Part shown: positions 1-10,800 of the stretch, piece by piece
How the letters are laid out: each line of letters opens with the position of its first letter
Position numbering within the stretch: the stretch's first letter is position 1
Virus record (IMG/VR): IMGVR_UViG_3300045988_161557
Length of the DNA stretch: 63,703 nt
Strand: one strand, 5' to 3'
Source: a virus
Notes under the pieces: model-generated
Databases searched by the model: none
Seen by the model: only the letters and a program-made list of their open reading frames with translations
What the model was told of the DNA's origin: nothing
Made by a program: the position numbers and the translations under genes

Positions 1-240
1 CGCGTACATCTCAGAGCAGGAAAACGAGCCGCACAAAGCCGTAAAACGAACCTTCCGCGTACATCTCAGAGCAGGAAAACGAGCCGCACAAAGCCGTAAA
101 ACGAACCTTCCGCGTACATCACAGAGCGGTAAAACGAACTCGCGCAAAGTCGCAAAACGAGCCATCAGCGTACATCCAGGAGCAGGAAAACGAGCCACCC
201 GCATATATCTCAGATTAGGAAAACGAGCCTTCCGCGTACA
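1..240. repeat. Phased iteron-like tandem repeat array
   Basis: nt 1-55 = 56-110 exactly (CGCGTACATCTCAGAGCAGGAAAACGAGCCGCACAAAGCCGTAAAACGAACCTTC). Degenerate units start near 111, 167, 200 and 233. The AAAACGA core starts at 21, 43, 76, 98, 131, 154, 187 and 220 (spacings 22, 33, 22, 33, 23, 33, 33 bp). Confidence 0.9.
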
Positions 241-280
241 ACGCGCTCGTCTCTCTTTCCCCTTATAATAATTCACGTTC

Positions 281-320
281 GGCGATATGGAGAGTCCTCA
301 CGGGGACCCTACCACCCCTG
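281..320. repeat. Imperfect ~40-bp direct repeat, right flank of the iteron array (partner at 63572-63612)
   Basis: GGCGATATGGAGAGTCCTCACGGGGACCCTACCACCCCT versus GGCCTATATGGAGAGTCCTCGTATGGGACCCAACCTCCCCT at the window end. Confidence 0.6.
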
Positions 321-730
321 GGGTCGCGCCTGCGACCGCGTGTGCGTGTCCGACTGCCTGGGCAGACGAGGTGCACCGAGCTGGGCAGATATGCAGGAAG
401 ACAGGAAGACAGGGAGAACAGCCCGACACACTGAGCAGGGCGGGCAGCTTCCGACCTTGCCATCCTTGCCCTATCCCGCCTACCCAGCCCCGTTTCTCAC
501 CATGCCCGCCTACCCTGCGCACCTACCCTGCCTGCCCTGCCTCGTTTCCCGTCATGCCCGCGGGTGTCATATTGTCAACGCAAGCGTCACACGCGCACCC
601 CTCAAAACGGCCTTTTGTCAAGCCATTTTACTATTTCCCAATCTATCAAAACGTTACACACTGATACACAACGACTTACGTGCCAACTAAACATAATTTC
701 TATTATTTGAGGCCGTAAATCTGCCTATCG

Positions 731-749
731 ATGCTGACATTTTGCTACC
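731..749. repeat. 19-bp repeat ATGCTGACATTTTGCTACC (second copy 1199-1217, ATGCTTACATTTTGCTACC)
   Basis: 18/19 identical. The second copy lies immediately upstream of the ATG at 1241. Confidence 0.6.
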
Positions 750-763
750 CCATGCCGTTTTTC

Positions 764-987
764 CGCGTATTTCGTGTTTTCCGTTCCTGGCTGTGGGCAA
801 AGGGCATACGATGACATACAGCGCACACCGCAGGCAGCTGGGCGCGTGATGCACGCGATACAGGGAAGAGCGCAGGCAATGCGCGTATGTCGGGCGTGTC
901 GTGTGCAGGACGAGCTGGGCGCGTATGGCAGGCAGGACGTGCGAAGCAGGCAAGGCAACAGGACAGCAGGACGAGCGTGGCGCGTAT
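764..987. repeat. CGCGTAT-box cluster in a GC-rich non-coding region
   Basis: CGCGTAT at 764, 882, 920 and 981; CGCGTGA at 843. A 22-bp direct repeat GCAGGACGAGC-N4-CGCGTAT occurs at 905-926 and 966-987 (20/22 identical). The core resembles the CGCGTACATC head of the iterons. Confidence 0.6.
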
Positions 988-1240
988 TGCTCGTTGTTCT
1001 ATTTTCCTTTTTAATATTGTCCGTTTTGCGAACACGTCTTGCGTAAAAATAACTCTCTCTCACGCTTGCAAGGGCGCTTCACCCCGCCGCGCGCGACCCG
1101 CTGGCTACTCCCGAAAAATGTCAATATGCTACTTAATTCGTTGTCACATTGACATAAAGACACGAAAGAAACGTATTTTTGCTCTATTTATTGTATAGAT
1201 GCTTACATTTTGCTACCTTTATACCGAAAAACATATCATT

Positions 1241-1723
1241 ATGCCAGTACGCAAGAAAAAGCGGTTAGACCCGACTTCTACAAACCATGACTTTGTGCAG
1301 CTCGTTGTGCGCATGCAACCCGCTGACACGGATTTCCTTTTTGATGGGTTCCAGTATGCCACGCCCGCAGTTACGTTCTATATTAAGGCCATGCGCCTTT
1401 TGCTGTCAGACGCGCTGTGCGAGTTACAGGGATTTTTCAGCCCCCAGGAATGGGAGTTTCTGGCACTTGCTTTGAAGGGCATTGAAGGCTGGGATGACAG
1501 CAAAGACCCCGCTACCCTGTTAAGCAAGTCCGACCTCTGCAGGGTGTTGTTACAAGCACGCCACCTGCCCGCGCGTGCTACCTTATGTGAGGTCATCCCG
1601 TCCGAGTTAGTACGCAGGATCCGCGAGAACCTTTCTCCCTTGCATGTGTGGGCGATACGTAAAAGGGTGCGCGACTACTGGCGTACACCAGAGGCCGATA
1701 TGTCGGTATGGGCACGATTTTAG
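1241..1723 (+). CDS. Hypothetical protein (orphan plus-strand gene next to the repeat region)
   Basis: Track ORF 1199-1723. The ATG at 1241 (MPVRKKKRLD...) is preferred because 1199-1217 is a copy of a non-coding 19-mer. A strong hairpin terminator follows. No recognisable motif. Confidence 0.55.
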   Translation: MPVRKKKRLDPTSTNHDFVQLVVRMQPADTDFLFDGFQYATPAVTFYIKAMRLLLSDALCELQGFFSPQEWEFLALALKGIEGWDDSKDPATLLSKSDLCRVLLQARHLPARATLCEVIPSELVRRIRENLSPLHVWAIRKRVRDYWRTPEADMSVWARF

Positions 1724-1857
1724 GAGATGTCCAAGATATGTCCAAGATATATGTTCGCACGCGCGCGTGAACGTGTTAAGTAAAACCGCCTTTTGTTAAC
1801 ACGTTTGCACGATATGTTAAGCAAAACCGCATTTACCGTTCAACTGAGTATATAGCA

Positions 1858-1888
1858 AGCCCCGTGAGTTTTTACCGCTCACGGGGCT
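1858..1888. terminator. Bidirectional hairpin terminator between convergent genes
   Basis: AGCCCCGTGAG-TTTTTACCG-CTCACGGGGCT: 11-bp perfect stem, 9-nt loop, T-rich tail (TTCCTTTGTT). Confidence 0.75.
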
Positions 1889-1899
1889 TTCCTTTGTTG

Positions 1900-4800
1900 C
1901 TACTTCTCCACCTCCAGCAGCCTGCGGTTAGCCTCCTGCAAGGAGTCCACCACGTTATCGGGTAGGTCATTGTCCTTGTACAGGCGCAGCATGTAGTCTA
2001 TATAGCGTGTGATGCCCCGCATGTCTCTGTAGGCCTTGAAGCGCTCGGATCCTTGCAGCGCGTCCAACTTCTGCCGCTGTGTCTTCTTCGCTTCCTCGAA
2101 GTTGGCTTTAGCCGCCTCCAACGACTTTTCCGCTTCGGCTATAGCGAAGAGGTCGTGTGACTTCTTAGCGGCCTCCAGCTTCTCCTCCTTTGCGCGAACG
2201 TCCAACGCTGCGGGTCGGGGTATGCGCTTTATAAGGCTGAACTCGCTTTCCGTTGCGCCCATGAACGGTTTGACCGTCCGCATGTACTCGCCCTTTGCGC
2301 GTGCCGCGTTACGTTCCCCGCTGCCGCTTATCCAGAAGCGGCTGAGCACGGGTACGCCTCCCCTGTCAAACAGACCCTTTGCGCCTTTCCAATAGTCCTT
2401 TTCCGAGCCACCGCCCTCAAGGTAGGGAGCGGCCAGCGCGTCAGACACGGCCAGCGCTGTGCTTGCCCATCCGCCTGCTATGCCTGTCAGCATCTCCTGA
2501 ACGTAGCCTGGAGCGAAGTCCAGCACGTTGTCGGCAGAGCGCTCGTCATTGCCGCCGCCTACCTTGTTCAACGCGCGTGACATCGCGGTGATGGTCGCAC
2601 TTGTGCTACGGGTAGCCTTGAGGTATTCGGGCTGGTAGCGGCTGAACATGTTGTCGTTGCGCAGTCGGGAGCCCTTGAAGTCGCGGTTTACGGCTATGTG
2701 GGATGCCCACTGCAAGCTGCTTGGAACAAGGCTCGATATAGCCGTGCCAGCGTCTGTAAAGTCCACGTTATTTGGTGCTACAAGTTCCATAATACCCGCA
2801 AAGTCGGAAGCCTGCATATCGCGCTTGCCCGCGAAGGACGCGCCCGTCACATCGCCTACCTGGAACATCGCGCCTAACTCTGGTGTAAGTGGTATCTTCA
2901 GCCAGCCATGCCCTTTAGGAAGACGCAGGCAGATATTATGCTGGCGCTCCCAGTCGGACAACTCATAGTAGTAGTCTCCCCAGTCATCGTCCCCGTCACC
3001 GCCTACAGCGCTGTATATGGCTGGCAGGAGCAAGTTATTGAAGAGTGGCAGAGCCACAGCAGCTGCCGTGACAGGAGCCGCGCCGAACGCGAAAGCGAAC
3101 TTTGCGGGGTGTTCTTTAACAAGCCTGTAGAGCTGGTATGTGCCTTGTACATGTGCGTTGAAGAACACGATGAACGAACGGCCATACTGGCTGTAGTAGT
3201 TCAGTGCGTTGGATAGCCTGTACTTCGCGCCATCCCGCTGCGTCAGGCTCTTGGCACCCGCTCCCTTGCGGTTGAAGTTCAGCGTAGCCTCCTTTGCATC
3301 ATCTATACTGCGCTCTCTTGTGCGTCCCATCTCGCGGCTTGTCTCGTAAGCCACGAAGCGGTTAACCAGTTCTGCGGCCTCGTTGAGGAACGAGAAGAAC
3401 TCGAACATGCGCATGGGGCTGAGCTTCCTGCGCTTGATGTTCTTGAGGTCTCGCACCATGTCCACCATGAACTGCGTGCTCTCCTTCTGGTTGCGTATCA
3501 TGGTGTAGCCAGTAGCACCGCCACCGTCCATGAGCTCCTTGAACATGCGCTCATGGTACCCCGTCATTGGCTTGCCAGCCTCGTACTTGCGCAGCATGCC
3601 CACCATCCTTGCCCAGTTGGCCACGTTGCCAAGTATGAGATTCTGCTTCTTGGTCAGCGCCCACCAGTATGCGGGGCTCTCGCCTATAAACGCGCGCAAG
3701 TTCGAGTGCGCTGTATCTCGTGCAAGGTTAGCCCCACCGAAGGACACGTTGTAGTTGGTAAACGCGCCTGCCATGAAGTTGTTGAGCTTACGCAGGATTG
3801 GCCAGCCGCTGTTTTCGGGGTTCAGCAGGCCGTTTAGTGCCATTGCCACACGCGGGTTGCCCACTATGGTGATGACGCGGTTAGTGCCTCCTACAGAGAG
3901 GCGTATCTGGTGCGCGCGTGCGTGCTGCTGTGTCACTCTGTAAGGCGGCAGGGGCGTTCCCTTCTTCATCTGTATGGCCATGCCCAGAGCGGCCTTCTCG
4001 CGCATATCAGCGTTGAACCTGTCCAGCTCTGCCTGCACCTCCTCCGCGCTCATCTCTCGCCCGCCTGTCATTGGGTCGGTGAGTTCTGGAGTGGCCAGCA
4101 CCCAGTCTGGCGCGTCTTCTGTGCCTCTGTTCTCTACCCACATACTGTCTATGACAGCCAGGCCGTTGGTGTTGTGGGCGCTCACAAGGTTGTAGAAGTG
4201 TTGCAGAGCCATATTCTTGTTACCGCTCGCGATGCTTCTGTACGCCACGCTCAGCAGGCCACCCAGCGGGTTGTCAGCCTCGCTCTTTCTGCCCTTTGCT
4301 GTCTTGACGGGGTTGCCCAGCTCACTGCGCTGTCCGTCCAAGTAGTCGTACATCTCTTCTGCGGTCGGGTCAGCCCAGCCGCGCAAGGGTACGAAGAAGT
4401 CGTAGCGCCTGAGTTGGTCATCCACGTACTTCTTTGTCGTCAGTCCGCTGCTTCTCTGCTTCTCCAGGCTGTACCCGCTCATCGCGCGTATAGCCTCCCA
4501 TAGGTCATCAGTGTAGTGTGTGTTCTCGTAGTTCTCTACGCGCCTGTAGGCAGCTTCCGTGAAGTCCTCTTCCTCCTCGACGAGTGCCGACAGACCGCTG
4601 TAGTCTTCTGTCACGTCTGCCCCGAAGTCAGCGGCTCTCCGTGTCAGCTCTTCCTGCGTCTCCCTCCAAGTCCAGCCGTTCTCCTCTGCATACTCCTTGA
4701 TGAAGGAAGCGGTGCGGTACCAGTTGTCCAGCTCGTCCTCGTAGAACTCTGCTTCGGTCTTCAACCCGTGTTTGTTTGGATGCTTCTTGATGCTGTCTAT

Positions 4801-7800
4801 CTCTGCCTCTATTTGCTTCACACGAGCCTTGATAGCGGCTTCCGTACCCAGCGGGCTTGTCTCGCCAGCTGCTATGCGCGTCAACTCAGTAAGCAGTTGC
4901 GTGCGTTCCTCCTTCAGTTCTGCGGTGGCCTCGTGTATCTGTTCCGCAAAAGACTCCTTAGCCTTCTCCTTCATCGCGGCGCGTATGGCCATGTCTCTGT
5001 TACGCTCTATACCGTGTTTGGAGATGAGATACCAGGACAACTCAAGACCCTTGCCTTTCTTGAAGTCTTTGACAGCGCCTATGAGCCTGTACACGGCACG
5101 CTGTAGCGGGCGTGCAAACGCACTGTCAAAAAGCTTCATCTCGTTTGCGTTGCGGCTGCTCAGTTGCAGCATCGCCTTGTATGCGTTCTGCATGTCGCTC
5201 ACCTTCTCTCCTGTAGCGCGTTCAACGAGCTTCTGGAACTCGTCAACGCTGGCAAGGTAGTCGAAGTAGCCCTCTTTGGCAAGGAAGGATGCTTTACTCA
5301 TCACATCGTCCCATGCGCGTTGCATGGTCTCGCGGCTCCATCCTGCGCCCTCGCTGTCATTGTTCAGCGCACGGCTTATGTCATCCTCACGGAAGAGGTC
5401 TTCAGCCGCAGCGGACTCCTTGCCTTCGGTTTCGTACTGTCCTACTCCAAGTGTCTCCTGCATCTTCAAGTCCTCAGCCGTGCCAAGGATGCTGCGGAAC
5501 GAGCCAGGCTCTTCAAGGTTCTTGTAACTCCTCCACAGGATATAGCGCAGCTCATTGTCGGTGAGTACGGGTCCCGCGTAGTCGAAACCAAGTGTGTGCA
5601 ACATATCCAAGAAAGCCTCCTTGATAGCCGTCCAGAAGGTCGGGTCGGTTGTCTCGTAGTTAATATCCTCTGCAAGGCTCGCAAGATACTCCTCTGTGGC
5701 GGTACGCTGGTCGTAGCCCTTCTCCTCCATGAGCGCGTCTATCTTCTGCCGTATCTTGTAGTCGCAGCTCTCGTACACGTTATCAAGGAACTGGTCGAAG
5801 TGCTCACCGAACAACTGACGCAAGCCGTTGTGGGCTACCGCCTCATGTAGTATTGTCTTCTCCACATCTGCCATGCTGGTGTGGTTGCCTATAACTACGG
5901 TTATCTTGCCAGTAGTCTTGTTGTAGAATCCTTTTGCCTTCTGCCTCTTGCCTGTGAAGCCCGAACCATCGGCCACTATCTCCACGTTGATGAGATGCAG
6001 CTTCTCTGCCAGCTCCTGCGCATGTGTGGTCATACGTTCCCGCATGTTCTCCGCGTATTCTACCTGTTGTCCTGCGCTGTATCGGCTCTTGCCTATCATC
6101 TTTGATACGGGGTCATTGGCAAGCGATACCTCCTCGTCTGTTGCTTGTCCTTCGCCTTCACGCTTGAGCCATTCGCCCCTGTATTCGCTGTTCAGAGCCT
6201 CTATAGCAGCATCGTCCATGTATGCAGCGCCCTTATAGGCTTGCTGCTTCTCCTCGTCCGTCAGGTCATCCCACGCCTTACGCTTGGCTGTCTCCTCGGT
6301 GTATTTGCCGTGCTGGAACTCAAAGCCACGCTTTTCCAGTTCCTTCCTCAGCTCAGGATGGAAGGACTCGATGGGCAGTTGCACCTTCTGTCCTGTCTTC
6401 TCCTCGGCTGTGCTGAGAGTTGCGGCCACTTGGTCGGCCACCTCGCTGTAGGGAACAATGCGCTTGACCTTGCTCCAGCGTGAGAGCATCACCTGTCTTG
6501 CCATATCACCAGGCAGCTGTCCTGCCACGGGTCCTGCTTTCCACTCTGTCATGCCCACCGTGTTCTTCGCGTTCTGTGCTCTATAACCGCTGGTAAGTTC
6601 GCTCTCGGGTATCTCTACCTCCACGACCACTATGTTAGGCCGCTTGTAGGCTGAGGTGAACTGGTCATTAAGCATGCTCATGGAGCTGTGTATATAGGGG
6701 TTGTATGCCGCCCAGAGGCTACTTCCATCTCCCTTCACGAGGTGGAACTGCAAAGTACCTTTTCCGTTCTTGCTCTGCTTGTTGTAACGCAGCTTTCCCT
6801 TGATGAGTTCTACGTTACCAGGCTCGTTTGACTTGTCCAGCGCCTCCATCGCAGCTTTCTGCTCGGGCGTAAAGTCAAGCAGGGTTTCCTCTGCTTCCGT
6901 CCATGCGCCATACGGGTTGCTGTCTGTCAGTTCTCCATCCACCTTTGCGGCCATTGGTGAGTAGAGTTTGCCGTCTATCACCTGCATGGCTCGGTAAGCC
7001 GTTATCTTTGGTTCAGCGTCCAGGCGCTCGATGGTCTCCTTGTCATCCACAACGCGGTAAAGGTCATCCTCTGAAACTTTTTCGTCAGAAACCTTTGGGT
7101 TCTCGAAATCTTGTATTACCTTTGCGATATCAAAAGGTGCTTCGTTGGTTTGCATACCTGAGGGCTTATAGGAACTCGGTGCCAGCCAATTAAGCATCTT
7201 TTCCTTTTCTACCCACTTTAAGGCGTTTCTGAAGTCCTTTTCTCCCATTTTATAGAGTCGAAGAAGCTCCTTCTCTGCGTCTTTGTTGTGTATGCTGGAG
7301 ATATTCGACACTTTCACAACCTCACCGTTGCTATCAAGTTCAAACGACGCAGATAGCTTGCCACCCTTTACGTCAAGTTCCGTTACCACAACAATATTAG
7401 GGGAGTTCTTTCCGTGTTTATACACTAAGATTGGGGATTGGATAGACTTAGCAAGTCCTTTCAAGTCATCTGTGGTGATGGCGTGCTTATTTAGATGCCT
7501 ATTCAACACGGTTGGTGAAAGAGTAATGCTCTCTACGTCTATCCCTGCCGCGCGAAGTATAGCGCCTGGACGACCCAAATGTAGTAGGCCTTTGTGTGAT
7601 TTGTTCTTGAAAGCGTCAAGCTCGTCATTGAACCTTTCGTTCGCCCTCTCCGGGCTTTCATACTCCTTACTCTCCACGTGCTGATAGCGGATGCTCTCCA
7701 CGCTTTCCCCGTCATTCATCATGCGAGGATCCACGCCGTCCAGCAAGTCCTTCATTACGCGGTCTGCCACTTCCTCGGTTGTGGTGTAGTGGATATGTAG

Positions 7801-10800
7801 GAAATAAGCCACGCTCTTCCAGAACGTATCAAGCGCCTGCCGTATCTTCTGCATCGCGCTCATTGCTTCTGCCTTGTCGAAGATGCTTCCGTTCTTGGTA
7901 GCCTCCTCCATCTCTTTACGCAAGCGTTCCGCGCCTTTCCGTCCTGAGTAGGTAGCCAGCACTTCATCCGCTATCTCGTCATCAGTCGTCAGTTCGGGGT
8001 AACGCTTCTTCACTTCCTCCCATACAGCGGTGTCCTTCATAAGGCCAACCACATTCGCCCACTCTTTAGCGTTTGACTGCCTCAGAGCGCTTGCCCACAG
8101 GTGCGCATACTCATGCACAGGCGTTTCGCTGTTGGCTATCTTCGGGTCAATGTATATCTTCCCGTCAACGGTAAAACCATAAGCCTCGCCATCGGCTGTG
8201 CGGAAGAAGCGTACATGGTCAGTTATCTTGGCATCCTTCCCGTTGAAGATGACGTAGTTCTTAGCCTCGTCCAACACACGCTGTCCTTCTTCCTCGTTTG
8301 TTATGACATCCATGCCATTCTCCCGCATTCTGTCTATCAAGGCATCACGCAAGATAGCCTCTTCCTTCCTGGCGGGAACAGCACCTTTTCCGCGCTGGTA
8401 ACGCTCATCAGCCTTGCGAGAGTTGAAACGCTTTGATGGTGGGATAATATTGCCATTGTCATCGCGTGTTACTAAGTCGTTCAGCTTTCTGTTGTTCTTC
8501 ACATTCTTATACCTGTAGTTCTTGCCGTTGTCGTAGCCCCACTCGTTCACGTCGTTGCTGTCCCACCAAAGGTCACTAGCTGGCACCTCGTCTTCAATGA
8601 TACGGTACTTACCCTCCAGACGGTTGTCACCATGCAACTCAGCATACCTCTTCGAAGGAGTCACCCAGTCACCATTGCGCAACTTGCCCTCCTTTACAGT
8701 TGTAGGCACGGCGCGATACACCTTTATCTTCGCATCCTTCTTGCCGTTCCGTATGTCATCAATGGCTGTCTGTATTGCCTTGCCGCTCTCCTTGCTTGTT
8801 GGCAAGCCTTGCGAGTATTTATCAGGATGCGCAAAGATGTCTTCTGGTTGGTTGCTGTAGCCTGCTGCCATATCCTCCACATTGAGGTCTGGCGAGTCTT
8901 CACCAACGGCATTGCGTCTCGCTTCGTCAGTCTCATAATTAGGCTTTGAAGGTGCGCCCCAAGCACCTACACCCTGGTAGTCGCTCTCGGCATCACCATA
9001 CCCCTTACGTCTTGCAGCCTCGTCAAGCATCTCACGGGCAGTAGCCTCGTCACCTTTCGCCAAGGCATCCGCATAGCGTTCGTCTATCTCGTCTCCTGTG
9101 AGTAAAGACAACTCTTCCAAGTGCTGCTGCCTTTTGGTTTCTTCCTCTTCGGCTCTCTTGCGTGCAGCCTCCATCATGCCACGCTCTATCTCCGCTTGCT
9201 TTCTGCGCTCCTCAATAAGCACGTCCACGTCGCCATACTTCGCCTTAATCGCTTGCTCTACAGGCTCAAACAGACGCTTGTTAGCAAGAAGACCGCTCAC
9301 TCCATCGCGCTCCATTAACGCCTTCTTCTCCGCTATATGCTCACGCAGATATAGAGCCTTTAGGTCATGAAGAGCCATTGCAGCCGCAGCCGAATTCCTT
9401 TCTCTCATACCCTCTGCATAGCGGGAAAGCCACATACCATCCAAGCCATGCTCCGCTGCCATCGACTCAACATCTACGTTATCCGTCTTCTGCAGACGCA
9501 CAGATGTCGCCTCACGCTCACCCTTAACAAGCTTCGCACCAGCACTTTTCTCACCATTCCCTTGCTCAGACGAAACCTTTTCTTTATCTTTGCCGTCAGA
9601 AACAGTGTTTTGCGGAGTAGCTGTGCCATTCCGCTTGCCGCCTTCAGCGGTTCCTACAGTGTCTGTCGTATTGTCGGAGACACTGTTTTTCTTTTCAAAG
9701 GCAGTAAGCAGCCAATTCTTTTTCTCACTATCCCATGTTAGGCGTACAGATGCTTGATGCGTCTCACTTTCCAGTTGCACACGATTGTATGTGCGCTTGA
9801 CAACAACCATAGCATCAAGTATCTCTTGCAGATTGCCAAGAACTTCTGGATGGTATTTGGCGAGTTTAGCAAGACCAAAGCCGTCGCTTTTGGCGGTTCC
9901 TTCTTTTCCCCATACCAAATCAATGTCACCAATGTCTTTATGGTGCAATGCGTCCACAGCTTCGCCCTCTTTCTTTTCGAGGAGGAAAGCAATAGCTTCT
10001 TGTGGTTTGCCTTTGAACTGGGTGTATATAGTTCCAAATGCACCTGTCTTTGGAGACTCTGCACTTTCTGACTTCACATTTTTATACTCGTTGAAAGCCT
10101 TTGTCTTGCGCTTGCTTGACTCAATCCACTTCTCGAAGTCTTCAAGGTTCACAGCGGACACATCAATTCTGCGGCCATTCTCCCAGCCCTGCTCGTAATT
10201 GGCAAGGTAATCTCCCATAGCCTCGTCAGCATCATTGAAGCCAAGCATAACCTTGTGCTCGTCAAAACTACCGTCAGGGTTGTACTGGTCAATGACGAAC
10301 ACCTTTCGTCCGTCCCAACCGTCGATATCATTGGAGAGGAACACGTCAATATGGTCTCCGTCAACGCCTACTGTACCACGAATGTAGCCGTAAGTGTTGT
10401 TCATCTTGCTTTCCCACTCCTTGCCGTTGGCATCAGTGCCCCTACGCACGCTGCCCTGCGGCTGCTCGATGGTGATGTCGAACGTACCAACTTGTACATG
10501 TCCCTTCTTATAGTTGCCTGCTTCCTTCTGCGCCTCTGTCGGTTCTGTATTCACTTCGGCTGAAGCTGTGGCTATCTGTTCAGAAAGTAACGCTCCTCCC
10601 TTGTTTTCAGAAGGTTTTTCGCGTTTCGCGCGCTCCTCTTCTGCCAGTCTCTCAGCCTCCGCAAATATATTGCCTTTTTCTTGCTCGGTTGCAAGCTTTG
10701 TACTACCTTTGCCGTCAGAAGACAAGTCGTGTTGAGGAGTGGAAAGGCTTTCCACCTTATCCTTCGAGGATAACATAACGAGTTCGCCGCCGTTCTTCTC

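Noticed and set aside
1-240. Possible CRISPR array, given regularly spaced ~30-bp repeats.
   Set aside because: There are no unique spacers. The interval sequence is itself repeated (a 55-bp compound unit), the repeats degenerate progressively, and there are no cas genes. Iterons or tandem repeats fit better.
263-1198. Many overlapping 60-125-aa ORFs on both strands (e.g. 287-664, 340-690, 725-1063, 774-1046, 887-1198).
   Set aside because: They overlap each other in several frames, and their translations are Pro/Arg/Ala/Cys-rich low complexity. The region is full of DNA-level repeats, which is consistent with GC-rich non-coding DNA rather than genes.
10342-10362. VDGD in the giant protein as a DxDGD catalytic loop of a virion-packaged two-barrel RNA polymerase (as in crAss-like phages).
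   Set aside because: The first Asp is missing (GVDGD). The flanking sequence (YGYI-x2-T-x3-DGD-x2-DV, IEQPQGS) matches family-I inorganic pyrophosphatase far better.
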